64,000 bases of DNA from Octopus sinensis (GCF_006345805.1 NC_043002.1:79918001-79982000); one strand, 5' to 3'; numbered from the stretch's first letter, positions 1-13,189 are shown. Numbers and translations: made by a program. Notes: generated from the sequence alone by a model not told the origin.

Positions 1-160
1 ATACATACATACATACATACATACATACATACATACATAATACATACATACATACATACATACACATACATACATACATAACATACATACATACATACAT
101 ACATACATACATACATACATACATACATACATACATACATACATACATACATACATACAC
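1..160. repeat. (ATAC)n microsatellite
   Basis: Near-perfect ATAC/TACA tandem array from the window start. Confidence 0.97.
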
Positions 161-250
161 GGCGGAATTTGAACTCAGAACGTGAATGCGGATGAAATAT
201 CGCTAAGCATTTCGCCCAGCGCTGTAACGAATCTGCCATCTCGCCGCCTT
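161..250 (-). mobile_element. tRNA-derived SINE family B, 5' part
   Basis: Reverse complement of the AAGGCGGCGAG-TGGCAGA...GTTCAAATTCCGCC head (A/B-box-like) also seen at 7874, 28560, 45509 and 62068. Confidence 0.8.
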
Positions 251-564
251 TGAGCTGCGTATTATTGACAAGAACTTATGCCATGTATTTGCGGTTAAAG
301 CGTCGAACTAGCTGTTTTTAAATTTATTCTACATAGAGAGCCAAACTTTCTGTGATTTACTAAGAAACACATATCCTCGCACAAATCCTCGTGATAAATG
401 TAAGAAAACATTCGGACAATACTGTTGAAATGTAAATTAGCGTATTTTGGAACACATGTTTTAAACGCCAAACCATTAAATACAGAATATGAAAGCGGAT
501 GTTTCCCATAACTGCCGAAACAGTCTTTGAATAGTTTCGTTTGATTTGATTTTCTTAATGATAT

Positions 565-565
565 A

Positions 566-606
<41 letters not shown>

Positions 607-616
607 TATATATGTA

Positions 617-681
<65 letters not shown>

Positions 682-809
682 CTGTATTAGCTGAAAGAGG
701 GAGAGAGAAAGAGAGGAAAAATGAGTAAGAGCAAGAAATAGGAGTAAAGATAAATACAGATAAGTATACACACACATATATATGCTTAAATATGTGTATG
801 GATATATAT

Positions 810-846
<37 letters not shown>

Positions 847-927
847 CATTTATGCATGTCTCTATGTATATATATATATATACATGTATATATATATGTA
901 TATATATATATATGTGTGAGTGTGTGT

Positions 928-975
<48 letters not shown>
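565..975. repeat. compound (TA)n/(TG)n microsatellites
   Basis: Direct reading; source of the YI/CV/HT-rich pseudo-ORFs. Confidence 0.95.
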
Positions 976-978
<3 letters not shown>

Positions 979-1361
979 GATATCCTACAGAGACCTTCAG
1001 ACACATATATACATATTAGTCTCATAGTGTTTGATTTTCGTGTATTTGCTGCTTTGAACATTTGAATCGGAATATAAAGAAAATATTATATATACAAGAT
1101 ATATCATCCGAGAGTTAGAGAAGTATAATTTACAGATATTGGCTCTCATAAATTTAACTTGAAGTCGTAAAACATTCAGCACCATAAGACCATTCCTTCA
1201 GAGTTAGACTAAGAACATTTTTTATATCACATGTTGCACTGCAGAGTCTTCAAAAGATATTGTATGCCATTAGAGAGTGTATAAGTGTATTTGTGAGCGT
1301 GTTTGCGTGTGTAATTGTGGGTTTGTATCTAATGGGCTCTGTCTGTTCGTCTGTCTACCTA

Positions 1362-1381
1362 CGTATCTATCTAATTATCTC

Positions 1382-1450
<69 letters not shown>

Positions 1451-1468
1451 ATATCTATCCATCCATCG

Positions 1469-1525
<57 letters not shown>

Positions 1526-1592
1526 ATGTTTTTCTGTCTGTTTGTCTGTCCGTCATCCATCCAACCGTCTGTCTGTCAGTCAATATGTCTGT

Positions 1593-1678
<86 letters not shown>

Positions 1679-1860
1679 GTCTGTCTATCTATCTATCCAT
1701 TTATTTATCTAATTATCTATCTATCTATCTGTCTGTCTGTCTATCTATTTATCCATTTATTTATCTAATTATCTATCTATCTATCTATCTGTCTGTCTAT
1801 CTATCTATCTTTTTGTTCATCTATTTGTCTGTCTTTCTATTGATCTAACAAGCAAGCTAT
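1362..1860. repeat. (TCTA)n/(TCTG)n microsatellite
   Basis: Long TCTA array with an internally duplicated degenerate block near 1690-1800. Confidence 0.95.
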
Positions 1861-2289
1861 CTGTCTGTATATATGTATGTATGAATATATGCATATTTCA
1901 AAGGTACGAGCATGTGCATATGCGTGTACATGCGACTGATTATTGCATCATTGCGTTTCTGTGAATCTGCAATATTTATGATTCCTGTTTGCCATGTATA
2001 AATCCTAGGACTCGTACATATATGAGAAATAATTTCCCGGTTCTGCTTATAAAAACCAACAAGAGGATTACCTCATTAAAGTTTGGTTAACGCACGCCGT
2101 TGATAATCCCGTAACCACGTTACCACCTCAGTATACTCCGCTAATGAAATTAGCGAAGGAAATTCAGGTAAAGACCGTTTTATTGTTGGATGTCTCAAAT
2201 TAATAAATTCCAAACCTACTGATGTTAATAATGAATAATTGCAAATGCGTGAGATACATAACACATTAATTGAATAAATTACAGTATAG

Positions 2290-2337
<48 letters not shown>

Positions 2338-3015
2338 TGTGTGTGTGTGTGTGTGTATACATACATATATGGATTTAATATCATCTAGGTAATAACCTTC
2401 TAACGTACAATCCAAAGCACCTCTAAAGTTATTGGCTACCATATGCCATCATAGTTATGTATAATATGTGTAATATATGATGCATTCAGCAACAAACATG
2501 TGATGCCAATGCACGGAAACAATCGTTGTAATTTGGATAAAAGAGTGTTAATTCCATCTGCCTGTATTTGAAGTGAAGAACTCAGTACTGGAATTAAGTT
2601 TCATCCATAGATTGCTGTTGTTTCCACAACATACAGATGACGAATGGAGCAAGGTGTATATAAACATGGATAATAATGATATAGTTATGCTGGTTATACA
2701 ATGCATTTTGCACGATATTACGCACACATATAGATTTCTTTATTGGCCACGTAGGGCTGAACACAGATGGGACAAAATACGAAGTAGAGCTTTTCTTTTT
2801 GGGAATATGACGAAAAAAAAAATTAAGTGGGGAAAATGTGTGTATGTGCGTGTGTGTGTGTGTGTGTGTGTGTGCATATATGAGAAGGGAGAGAGTGTGG
2901 AAAAATCTCATCTTTTGAACATGTTAAATTCAAAATAGTACTATGGTTTAAGATTTATCTATCTAAAAATATTAAATTTCTAAATACCCCATAGAGATAT
3001 GTACGGTGGTGGAGC

Positions 3016-3147
3016 GATAGAGTGGTTGTATACTGTCAACTTAACGTGACAGTTCTAGCGTCGATGCTGCTTCCTCGGGCTAAACAGCGGTGAGTAATTC
3101 TCTTACAGGACTGTCACGTTAAGTTGACAGTATACAACCACTCTATC
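3016..3147. repeat. perfect 38-bp inverted repeat (hairpin)
   Basis: 3016-3053 GATAGAGTGGTTGTATACTGTCAACTTAACGTGACAGT is the exact reverse complement of 3110-3147; 56-nt spacer. Confidence 0.95.
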
Positions 3148-3431
3148 TAAAAATGTTATATAAGTATTTTTCACGTTCATATTCATATGTCATTTACAAT
3201 TTTACGGTTTGTTTTGGAACAATATAATTTCCTACCTTGTCAAAGTAAGTCTCCGGAAACTCACCGTCCTATCACCTAGCTGTAGAGATTCATGGTAACT
3301 CGCATTATTGCCATTGTATTGATGATATCGCGCAGTAGAATTTTCGCGGTGTCCCTCTATTTGAACTGTCCATACTGAATCTAAATGTCTTTCATCAATG
3401 AGGAAATGGTTTTTCTTTATTAATCATTTCT

Positions 3432-3744
3432 AACTAGCTAGCCCCGTGCCGTAAAAAAATGGTGGCTAATAGTGGTATTTTGTATATAAACGAGGACAAA
3501 ACATAAAATATGGATGGTAATTCAAATTAATACACTTTGCAATGTTTATCTAGTGGTTGTATTTTGAGATGTGACATCAATCATCGTTAATTACTTAAAA
3601 AATGCTGGTTCATACATAAACATTCACCTATTTCCCTTGTACACGCACTCACATACACACATGTACTCACCCAGAATTGAAACGCTGTTTCAATTTTTTT
3701 CAGCGTTGGATGTTCACCATCCCAATTCCATTGCAGACACACAC

Positions 3745-3801
<57 letters not shown>

Positions 3802-3960
3802 CACATTCACATACCTACCTTTTACATACACACATACACTCACACAGAGCTGAAACGCTGTTTGATTTTTTTCTTTCACCATACAATTTCCATCATCCCT
3901 CTACCAAGTTTGCCATCACCCCTTCCTTTCTCAGTCATATACTGTGACGGAGAAAAGCAC
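3432..3960 (-). mobile_element. possible non-autonomous Helitron-like element
   Basis: ACTAGCTAGCCCCGTGCCGT at 3432 reads as a reversed CTAG 3' end with a GC-rich subterminal stretch; internal (CA)n. The far boundary is uncertain. Confidence 0.25.
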
Positions 3961-4039
3961 AAGGGTTTTATTGTAGTAGATTATCGTATAAAGCAAGTAA
4001 ATTTTAATGACAGGGAAGATGATTACATCGACCACCAGT

Positions 4040-4170
4040 GCTCATCCGGCCCCAAAGGATAAAACGCGAAGTTGACCACGATGGCATTTGAACTCGGAAC
4101 GTGAAGTGCCGGAAGAAGTACCGTCAAGCATTTTATTCGGCGGTGACAATTCTGGCTGCAAGCCGCCGTT
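4040..4170 (-). mobile_element. SINE family B fragment
   Basis: GTTGACCACGATGGCATTTGAACTCGGAAC...GCCGCC matches the reverse complement of the family B head. Confidence 0.65.
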
Positions 4171-4232
4171 TCTTTTTACTAATAATATGCGTTAATGATT
4201 TATCGATGTTTCATTTATATTGTGTAGTCAAT

Positions 4233-4627
4233 AGGCGCAGGAGTGACTGTGTGGTAAGTAGCTTGCTTACCAATCACATGGTTCCGGGTTCAGTCCCACT
4301 GTGTGGCACCTTGGGCAAGTGTCTTCTACTATAGCCTCGGGCCAACCAAAGACTTGTGAGTGGATTTGGTAGACAGAAACTGAAAGTAGCCCCTCGTATG
4401 TATGTATATGTATATATATATATATTTGTGTGTGTGTGTTTGTCCCCCCAACATCGCTTGACAACCGATGCTGGTGTGTTTACGTCCCCGTAATTTAGCG
4501 CTTCGGCAAAAGAAGCAGATAGAAATAAGTACTAGGCTTACAAAGAATAAGTCCTGGGGTCGATTTGCTCGACTAAAGGCGGTGCTCCTGCATGACCACA
4601 GTCAAATGACTGAATCAAGTAAAAACG
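4233..4627 (+). mobile_element. tRNA-derived SINE family A (CORE-like), full length
   Basis: Head GGCGCAGGAGTGACTGTGTGGTAAG...GGTTCAGTCCC, CORE-like CTTGGGCAAGTGTCTT, (TA)/(TG) linker, and 3' tail ...GTCAAATGACTGAATCAAGTAAAA. Matches the copies at 18309 and 54733. Confidence 0.9.
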
Positions 4628-5329
4628 TAATACTTTTCCGAGATATTTAAAAAAAGTTGATAGTATTAGTTATTCGAGTAGCGTTCTATTTTGTGATTAA
4701 ATGCATTACTATTGCTTATTATTGCATATGCATAATAAACCAGACAGAAGGCACTGTGCTTGTTTGACCAATGTAAAATTCATACTCACAATTTTCAAAT
4801 TTAAAACCTATGGTATACATCTCATTGGTCATTCGCAGAATTTCAATAGACTTGGTGGCTTTTGGTTTATATACAGTAATATATTATTAGTGTTATTTTC
4901 AGATTAGGCACAATGCATCTTGTATTTCATTATATGAATTTGTTTAATCAGTGGCTTTATGACTGGTGGCCATTTAGATCATGTATTATTACATCTTATG
5001 CATTGGTTTCGTTTATTAAGTGTGGTGTAGTATTATGTTTATTAAGTCTAGTGTGTTTTTTGTATCGCTTAATGTACTAGCTTGTTTGAATGCATATACA
5101 ATCTAAGATGTTCAAAACTAAATCACCTCTACTTGTACTACTTGAAATAACTTTATAATATCTCAGTCCACTACAACGTGGCTCAATGCAGTCTTTCGAA
5201 AAACTAGAAATAGCTGCTAATTTTCCATCAAATAGTACAGTGCGTTATATTTTGTCGGAGGAAAGAACTGATTAGACAACGGAGATTGACTTCTCTATAC
5301 TTGAGCAAAAGGATCTGGAGCTCAGAAGG

Positions 5330-5648
5330 GAAGTTCGATCAAAATAACAACTATTCGGTGAAGGTTCTCTTGAGATTTAAATCGGTAAGTTACGGAAATG
5401 TAAACACAACAACATCGGGGGTGGGGGACAAATACAGACACAAAGACTCATACCCACATACGCACACATGCACACACACATATAAGCACAGGACAGGTGT
5501 CTTTCTATATCCATCTACCAAATCCACTCACAAGGTTTTGGTCGGCCCGTAGCCTTAGTAAAAAGCACTAACCCAACTTGTCATGAAATGGGACTGCTAC
5601 CAGAAGCACGTGGTTGGAAAACAAGCTTCTTACCACACAGCCATGCTT
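5330..5648 (-). mobile_element. SINE family A, diverged copy
   Basis: CTACCAAATCCACTCACAAGG...CTTACCACACAGCC head plus a degenerate tail. Confidence 0.75.
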
Positions 5649-5657
5649 GCTCTCTCC

Positions 5658-5689
<32 letters not shown>

Positions 5690-5690
5690 C

Positions 5691-5818
5691 ACACGTGATC
5701 ACGTGACCGACCAACCATCAGATGTTGCTACACATCGCTGGTCACAAAGCGTTCGCATTGTTTTAGCCTTCGAACGAGCCATCCCGCTGGCTAAGCGAGC
5801 AGGCCAACAGAAGAAAGA
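5691..5818 (-). mobile_element. retroposon 3' tail fragment (dispersed repeat)
   Basis: Related sequence in the opposite orientation at about 24255-24335 (TGACCAGCGATGT...GATCACGTGATAT). Confidence 0.5.
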
Positions 5819-6002
5819 TATATATATATATAGTGGCTAGGAAACATAGAATAACCATAAAGTTAAAAATATTAATTCAAGAGTCAAAACGATTCAAAAG
5901 CCACAGTTAACACTTGTACACACTGCTGAGTAAATAGAAACGAGTAAATAGAAAAACCAACTTACCGATAGCGAGTGAAATTCGCAAATGAATTTTCAGA
6001 TG

Positions 6003-6060
6003 TACTAATATCACATGATTTCGAACCCTGTGATAAATACGTAGTTCTCATCAGGAAGTA
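6003..6060 (-). ncRNA. degenerate type I hammerhead ribozyme motif
   Basis: Minus strand TACTTC-CTGATGA-GAAC..GTTC-GAAA-TCA TG TGA-TA-TTAGTA. Core, stem II and stem III are intact; stem I has two mismatches next to the core. Confidence 0.55.
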
Positions 6061-6677
6061 TTACTGCCGAGCGATAAAGATACTCGTATCCCCATGTGTG
6101 TGTTGACCATTTGAATGCAGCCGCAAATTAAAAAATGATGGAAGTGAATAAAATTATAAAAGTATATAAAGATATTATTAGTAGTAAAGAATAATACTAC
6201 AAGAGGCTAGCAAGCATAAAATAAGAAGGTAAAATTATTGATTTATAATCAGGTTAGAAGATCAGCATAGCTAGAAATAAAACTCACAACGACTTAAAAA
6301 CCACAATTAACACTTATACACGCTGGTGTATAATTTGTGATTTTTACTTCCTGTTGATGAGATGGCTGTTCTATTTACTCTTTGAATTTTATTTATAGCA
6401 ATGCTTGTACTATCTGGTATCCTGATAATAAATTAAATATACATAAATATATATTTACATATGTATGTATGTATGTCAATATAAATATAACAATGGAACA
6501 AAAACGCAATAGAGGACATTAAAACGTCCGAACTGATAGACGACACAAAGGCAGACAAGAGAAACAACAATTAGAAGGACAGGCAAAAAAGCATGGGGCA
6601 TTCTTGGCTTTCTTTCTTCAGTCAAGTACTAGAAGTCACGACCATTTCGGACAGTTACACTTGAGATGGTTCGGTAC

Positions 6678-6839
6678 CTATGTATGTATGCATGTATGTA
6701 TGTATGTATGTATGTATGTATGTATGTATGTATGTATGTATGTGTGTATGTATGTATGTATGTATGTATGTGTATATGTATGTATATATGTATGTATGTA
6801 TGCATGTATGTATGTGTATATGTATGTATGTATGTATGC

Positions 6840-6872
<33 letters not shown>

Positions 6873-7020
6873 TGTATGCATGCATGTATGTATGTATGTA
6901 TGTATGTATGTATGTATGTATGCATGTATGTATGTGTGTATGTATGTATGTGTGTGTGATGTATGTATGTATGCATGTATGCATGCACGTATGTATGTAT
7001 GTATGTATGTAAGTATGTAT
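6678..7020. repeat. (ATGT)n microsatellite
   Basis: Direct reading; explains the MYVC/HTYI ORFs. Confidence 0.96.
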
Positions 7021-7811
7021 GTGGGTGTTTGCTGTTTAGCCCCAGGACAGCACATGATCGTGTGATATAGGATATCCGAAATCATTTCGGTCAGTACTTT
7101 CTTTATATCTTCTCTTTTCAATAGTTGATTCCCTGAACAACACCATTCAATCCAATATATTCTAAAAAGGAAAAAGAGAAGTTAAGCACTAATTTTAGGG
7201 ATATTTAGCTTCTCTTTAAAGCAGATCGATCAACCACGTAGAAGTTCATCGAGTGTTTTTTGTTCAAGTTCATTCTGTTTCAAACATTGGAAGCAAAGCC
7301 AGAAAAGTTACTCTCCTACACACAATGTCCTCCATATATTGACCTTCAGGTTTCTAGGATATGTATTAGCCATAACCATCTCACCAGTCTGGGAGAAGAG
7401 CGTACAAAGGTTACAAATTCAGCCTCTCCCTTCTCACCTTCGTATCTTGTAAAAATAAAGATCCGGTTTGCCGCTAGCATACCGTCTTCACTAAGTCGTT
7501 CGCGAAAACAAATCAATAATTACGTGATTATTTTTTGTTAAATGTTTATGTCTGTTTTCTTCTTTTTTTTTCCCCCATTAATTTCATTTTTCATATCCTT
7601 TGGATGAGTTTTGTAAGAAGTTTTATTGAATAGCAATAAATTTCACTTTGTTGGAGAAGGTAGAAAATATAAAAATTAAAAAGAATAAAAACTTCACCAG
7701 AATTGATGAAATGTTATAGAAACATATCAAGAGTTATTGTTCTTGCTATTGCTGTTGTTGTTGTTGCCATCATCATCATCATCGTCATCATCATCATCAT
7801 CATTGTTATCA

Positions 7812-7873
<62 letters not shown>

Positions 7874-7875
<2 letters not shown>

Positions 7876-8100
7876 GGCGGCGAGCTGGCAGAAGAATTAG
7901 CATGTCGTGCAGAACGCTAGCCGTTAAGCATTTTGCTTAGCAGAATTTTGTCACTAGGTTCTGGGTTCAAATTCCGTCGATGTCGACTTTGCCTTTCATC
8001 CTTTCAGAGTCGATAAATTAAGTACCAGTCAAGTACTGGAGTCGATATGATTGACTATCCCCCTTCCCCAGTATTTCGGACTTTGTGCCTACAGATGAAA
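7874..8100 (+). mobile_element. SINE family B between (ATT)n tracts
   Basis: AAGGCGGCGAGCTGGCAGAA...GGGTTCAAATTCC...GTCGACTTTGCCTTTCATCC; (ATT)n on both sides. Confidence 0.9.
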
Positions 8101-8109
8101 GGATTATTA

Positions 8110-8166
<57 letters not shown>

Positions 8167-8186
8167 GTAGTAGTAGTAGTAGTGTG

Positions 8187-8517
8187 AAGGCGCATGGCTC
8201 AGTGGTTAGAGCGTCGAGCTTACGATCGTGAGGTTGTGAGCTCGAATCCCGGACCGGGCTGCGTGTTGTGTTCTTGAGCAAGGCACTTTATTTCACGTTG
8301 CTCCAGTTCACTCAGCTGTAGAAATGAGTTGCGACGTCACTGGTGCCAAGCTGTATCGACCTTTGTCTTTCCCTTGGATAACACTGGTGGCGTGGAGAGG
8401 GGAGGCTGGTATGCATGGGCGACTGCTGGTCTTCCATAAACAACCTTGCCCGGACTTGTATCTAGGAGGGTAACATTCTAGGTGCAATCCCATGGTCATT
8501 CATGACCGAAGGGGGTC
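8187..8517 (+). mobile_element. tRNA-derived SINE family C
   Basis: tRNA-like head GGCGCATGGCTCAGTGGTTAGAGCG...CTCGAATCCC, then CTTGAGCAAGGCACTT; flanked by (AGT)n. A degenerate minus copy lies near 29040-29250. Confidence 0.85.
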
Positions 8518-8553
<36 letters not shown>

Positions 8554-8605
8554 CAGCAGTAGTAGTAGTTGTAGTAGTAGTAGTAGAAGTAGAAGGGGTT
8601 GTAGT

Positions 8606-9157
8606 ATTGAGAGAGAAGTGCATGCCATCAATGTGACACTCGGGTATAATGTACGAAGCCCAGGATACCCATCATGACTACCCGTCTGATTAGGGTACAC
8701 CAAGCTCATGCATCACATATGTGCGTCACATGATCTCATATCAAGAAAAACAGCGCATGACCTCGCAGGTGGGGGCCCAGTTAGAATTTTCTTCAGTTCG
8801 ATTAGCCCTTCCCGCTCAAATGGTCCACGAATATGGATTGTTTAAGGATGTTGAACGAAACACCCATGTTTCCAGAGTTGAATTATTCGAATAATTCCTC
8901 TCAACACGTGGCTATGATACTCCCCTACTACTTCTACTCGTGATCAGTGATGCACATATCGTCAGCCACTAAAGGACATGCTCAATTGGTTAAGGTCAAA
9001 CATGTGACAAGCAAATAAAGTATGTAGTATTGAGCAGAATATTTACTGTAGTCTATCTTTGATACCAAGTCAAAACAATGTACAAGATAACAATTCCAGT
9101 CAGTTAAGATCAGAAGCCATGAGTGTCATTGTCTAGTACTGCATCAGGGCATTTATT
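8606..9157 (-). mobile_element. about 550-bp non-coding interspersed element flanked by trinucleotide tracts
   Basis: Unique-complexity sequence sharply bounded by (TAG)n and (CAT)n/(ATT)n, no ORF. Recalled as a common octopus repeat; class unknown. Confidence 0.55.
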
Positions 9158-9195
9158 CATCATCATCATCATCATCATCATTATTATTATTATTG

Positions 9196-9673
9196 CCTTT
9201 GCACAGCTTCTAACGCTGGGGATTACTACAGTGTCAGCTGTTGACTACCAGTGAACTAAGGTAACGCCTCTTATTTTTCGAGCACCTTCCGGAGTATTCG
9301 AACGGTTCCAACCAGTGCTGTTTTCTGCAAGTGCTCCACCCTTATTGCAGCCCCTATTAGTACCATGTATTTCTCAGCATTTTTAATCAATGTTCCGAGG
9401 ACTCCGACCATTATTGGTACTACTACCACCTTCTTCACCGACCACAACTGCTTAAGATCCCAAGCTAACTTGTCATATCTATCGACTTTTCTTTCTTCCT
9501 AATCGCATAATTTGTTATCAGCTGAGCATGCTGTATCGATGATCCACTATAGTTTTTTTTTCTTTCTCAATTAAGACTATGTCTGGCTTCCTATTCTCTA
9601 TCTCATGATCACACTGAATCATAAAATCCCATAGGATCTTTGCATTATCATTTTCGATGATGCCTTCGGGTTT
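9196..9673 (-). mobile_element. 5'-truncated R4/Dong-type non-LTR retrotransposon (restriction-like endonuclease domain plus 3' UTR)
   Basis: Minus translation KPEGIIENDNAKILWDFMIQCDHEIENRKPDIVLIEKEKK/..WIIDTACSADNKLCD*EERKVDRYDKLAWDLKQLWSVKKVVVVPIMVGVLGT...LQKTALVGTVRILRKVLEK*. This has the PD-(D)-K RLE motif, one frameshift and internal stops. Both ends abut (AAT)n. Confidence 0.88.
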
Positions 9674-9679
9674 GTAGTT

Positions 9680-9729
<50 letters not shown>

Positions 9730-9771
9730 GTTATTATTATTATTATTATTATCATTATTATTATTATTATT

Positions 9772-9970
9772 AATGCAGCGAGCTGGCAGAATCCTAAGCA
9801 TGCCGGAAAAACACTTAGTGGTGTTTCGTCCGTTCAAATCCTGCTGAGGTCGACTTTGCCTTTCCTCCGTTCGAGGTCGATAAAATAAGTACCAAGAGCA
9901 CACTGAGTTCGATGTAATCAACTTAACGCCTCCGCAAAATTTACTGGCCTTGCACCAAACTTTCAAACCA
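9772..9970 (+). mobile_element. SINE family B
   Basis: GCAGCGAGCTGGCAGAATC...GAGGTCGACTTTGCCTTTC...GCCTTGCACCAAAC immediately after (ATT)n. Confidence 0.85.
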
Positions 9971-11851
9971 CCGATAAACCACCATCACCACCACTATCAT
10001 CATCATCTCATCGTCGTCGCTGTTGTCATCATCAGTATCATTCTTTGTTTTTAAGTATTGTGCTAAGCTGTTCAGTTTTGTTTTCAAAATAAGAAAACTT
10101 TGGAAATAAAATGTTTTGCTGAAGGCAATTAGAATATATCTACATTGATTTTTTTCCTTAGATGATCACCTGTCTGATTTAATCTATTAACGTGGTTTGA
10201 GAGAGAACGAAGATAAAATACTTTTTCTTTTCCAAGGTGACGGGTGATATACTTGTGTCAATTAAGGAGCAATTAGAGGCAGCCAACACACGTAGGTGGA
10301 GTGAAAAGCTCTTCAAACACAGGAGAATGTACCGTGCAATATGTGGTGTTCAAACTGGGGAGAGTGCCAAAACAGGAAATCGTATGGTATGAGAGAGACC
10401 TGCACAAAACCTGGTCCAACAAAATGAGGGTTACTATGAAGAACATCGATAACAATTCCGACCCCTGATTTATGGCGGTGCAATATAGATAAATGATCTC
10501 TACCGACAACGTTCGGGCATCTGCTGTCAGCTGGAGCCAATGTTTACATAAAGGTTCTATGACCAAACACCGATTAGTCTCTTATAACAGTCCCGAGGAA
10601 AAATCTTACTGTGGGACAGGTTACGACAAAAGACAAAATATGGCAATAAACGCTATGAGCTTTCTGTCCAGAAGTCTTAAAAAGAGAAAAGCAACGACAA
10701 ACTACGGAGGGTTTTGCATCTAAAACTATACTGCAACATAAGAAAGCACCGGTACAACTCTGCAAATGTGTCCGATAGAAGGCCATTTAGACGTACTAGT
10801 GAGCAGCTGCTGAAGTTTGAAGTGATCTAGTCTTTCAAAAGTGCTACCGGGTAACAGTGGCTGGTCATATCGAAAGCTTTCAAATGAAACCCTATTAACC
10901 TAGGATCTACCAACCCCTAATTTGCTAAAACATATTTCTACAATGAATTGGAGGTTGTCGTGGATTGTTCTGCAGACTTACTTTTCGATCAAATTAGGGA
11001 TGATAGATGAACCACGTGTTTTCAAGATTCGACCATTCTTAAATACTGCTATTAGCTGAATTATATCTGGAAACCCCTACATCGCACAACTATTTGTTCT
11101 GATTGTTTATGTGATATACGTCTGCTAAAACATCGACAAATTATGAGATGTATGCGTAAAATAGGTGATTATATTATATAATACAGACGAATTGCTCCAC
11201 AAGAAAGTACATACCACTAATCATATCATTACGTCAGCAGCTGCTGGCACCACTACAAATCCTCCCATGTAAGTTCTGGTGGATAGCCGTATGTATTAAC
11301 TTAGAATCTAGTAAACACGCGGACGTTGGTTCGAATTATCGACAATCAAATTATAGATTTGTTGTCAGGTTGCACCTCTCTTTATTTATCTCCATCGAAT
11401 TGTTTGTCATCCTTTGAGCGTTTGGGCCATGCTCCTTAGCTCTGACAAGACAGATCTGATAAAAAAAAAACCTCTCATCGAGTAATCTATCACTGCATAT
11501 TAAGTTCTAGTTACCTTTTTATAGTTTCATAGAAAATTAAAAACGTTAACATTAGCTTACAATCAATTCTATTACTATTATATTTCCACTCTGGAGTGCT
11601 GATAACAATATAACTTAGAGTGGACTTCTAATAAAATTAGTTGGACTTCAAAATGAATGCCACATCAGACAATAATAGAAATAATTGGCTACTTAACAGG
11701 TTTCGCAATCAGGCAAAAAAGATGCAGCCGTAAAATTAATAAGAAAAAATAATAAAAAAGAATACTGAAAAAAAATTATATCATAAAAAATATCAGATGG
11801 CCAACAGAATAATAGTGCATTACGAATCGTGAGATAACAATAGCAAAAACC

Positions 11852-11939
<88 letters not shown>

Positions 11940-12023
11940 GCATATATATATATGTATATATATATGTATATATATGTATATACACAAACATACACACACA
12001 CACATATATATATATATACATGC

Positions 12024-12071
<48 letters not shown>

Positions 12072-12132
12072 TAAACATACACATATATATATGTATATAT
12101 ATTATATATATTATATATATATGATATATCTG

Positions 12133-12199
<67 letters not shown>

Positions 12200-12264
12200 A
12201 TTGATAAAAATGGTAAGACAACAAAAAATGAAAGAGACGTCGATATTATGTAAATTGAGGAATT

Positions 12265-12548
<284 letters not shown>

Positions 12549-12794
12549 CATGATGACATTATCAGCTGAAGCAAGCTATTGATCACAATGTCAGAGAGTT
12601 AAATAGACACGGAAACCGAATCTCTTCTAAATTATAATCTAACGTCTTAAAAAAAAGGGATACATTTAATAATGTAATATTAGTTTACCTGTATATAAAA
12701 ATTGGGAACAAAAATGGGATGCTCAGTGCTTTGATGCCTTCTGGTCATTAATTACCTTGGTTAGTGGTGACTTTTAATTAACAACAACTACACT

Positions 12795-13038
12795 GGCACT
12801 GCGTCGGTTACGACGATGAGTATTCCACTTGATCCACTCAACGGAACAAGCTGCTCATGAAATTAACGTGCAAGTGGCTGAGAACTGCACAGACACCTGT
12901 ACCCTTAACGGAGTTCTCAGGGAGATTCAGCGTGTCTTGCTCAAGGAGTGTCTTGCTCGGGGATACGACGTTCTCCGGGAATTGAACTCGTGGCATTACG
13001 ATCATAAGCCGAATGACCTAACCACTAAGCTATGCGCC
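12795..13038 (-). mobile_element. tRNA-derived SINE family D (internally deleted)
   Basis: Minus head GGCGCATAGCTTAGTGGTTAGG...GAGTTCAATTCC; tail shared with 23351-23500 and 16065-16140. Confidence 0.8.
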
Positions 13039-13049
13039 TTCACTATACC

Positions 13050-13087
<38 letters not shown>

Positions 13088-13189
13088 AAACAACATTTCT
13101 AAAATAAGTAAAATTGCAACAGCATGCAAAACAAATCAAGGATGAAACCCCTTTAGAGGTATGTAGCATCTAGAAATTGCAGCGAAATG

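Noticed and set aside
370-450. CKKTF zinc-finger-like peptide
   Set aside because: The C2H2 spacing is incomplete and the frame has stops.
3271-3380. Minus-strand exon candidate (SVWTVQIEGHREN...; donor ACG/GTGAGT)
   Set aside because: Poor acceptor, no recognisable protein, and no compatible partner exon found.
8187-8262. tRNA genes at SINE heads (also 4233, 13190, 12960-13038 and 23660-23728)
   Set aside because: Acceptor stems do not close and each head continues into a SINE body.
10230-11150. Decayed coding-like region (piggyBac-like KIRPFLN in one frame, L2/Rex-like in another)
   Set aside because: Only one short motif per hypothesis, with many stops. It cannot be assigned without tBLASTx.
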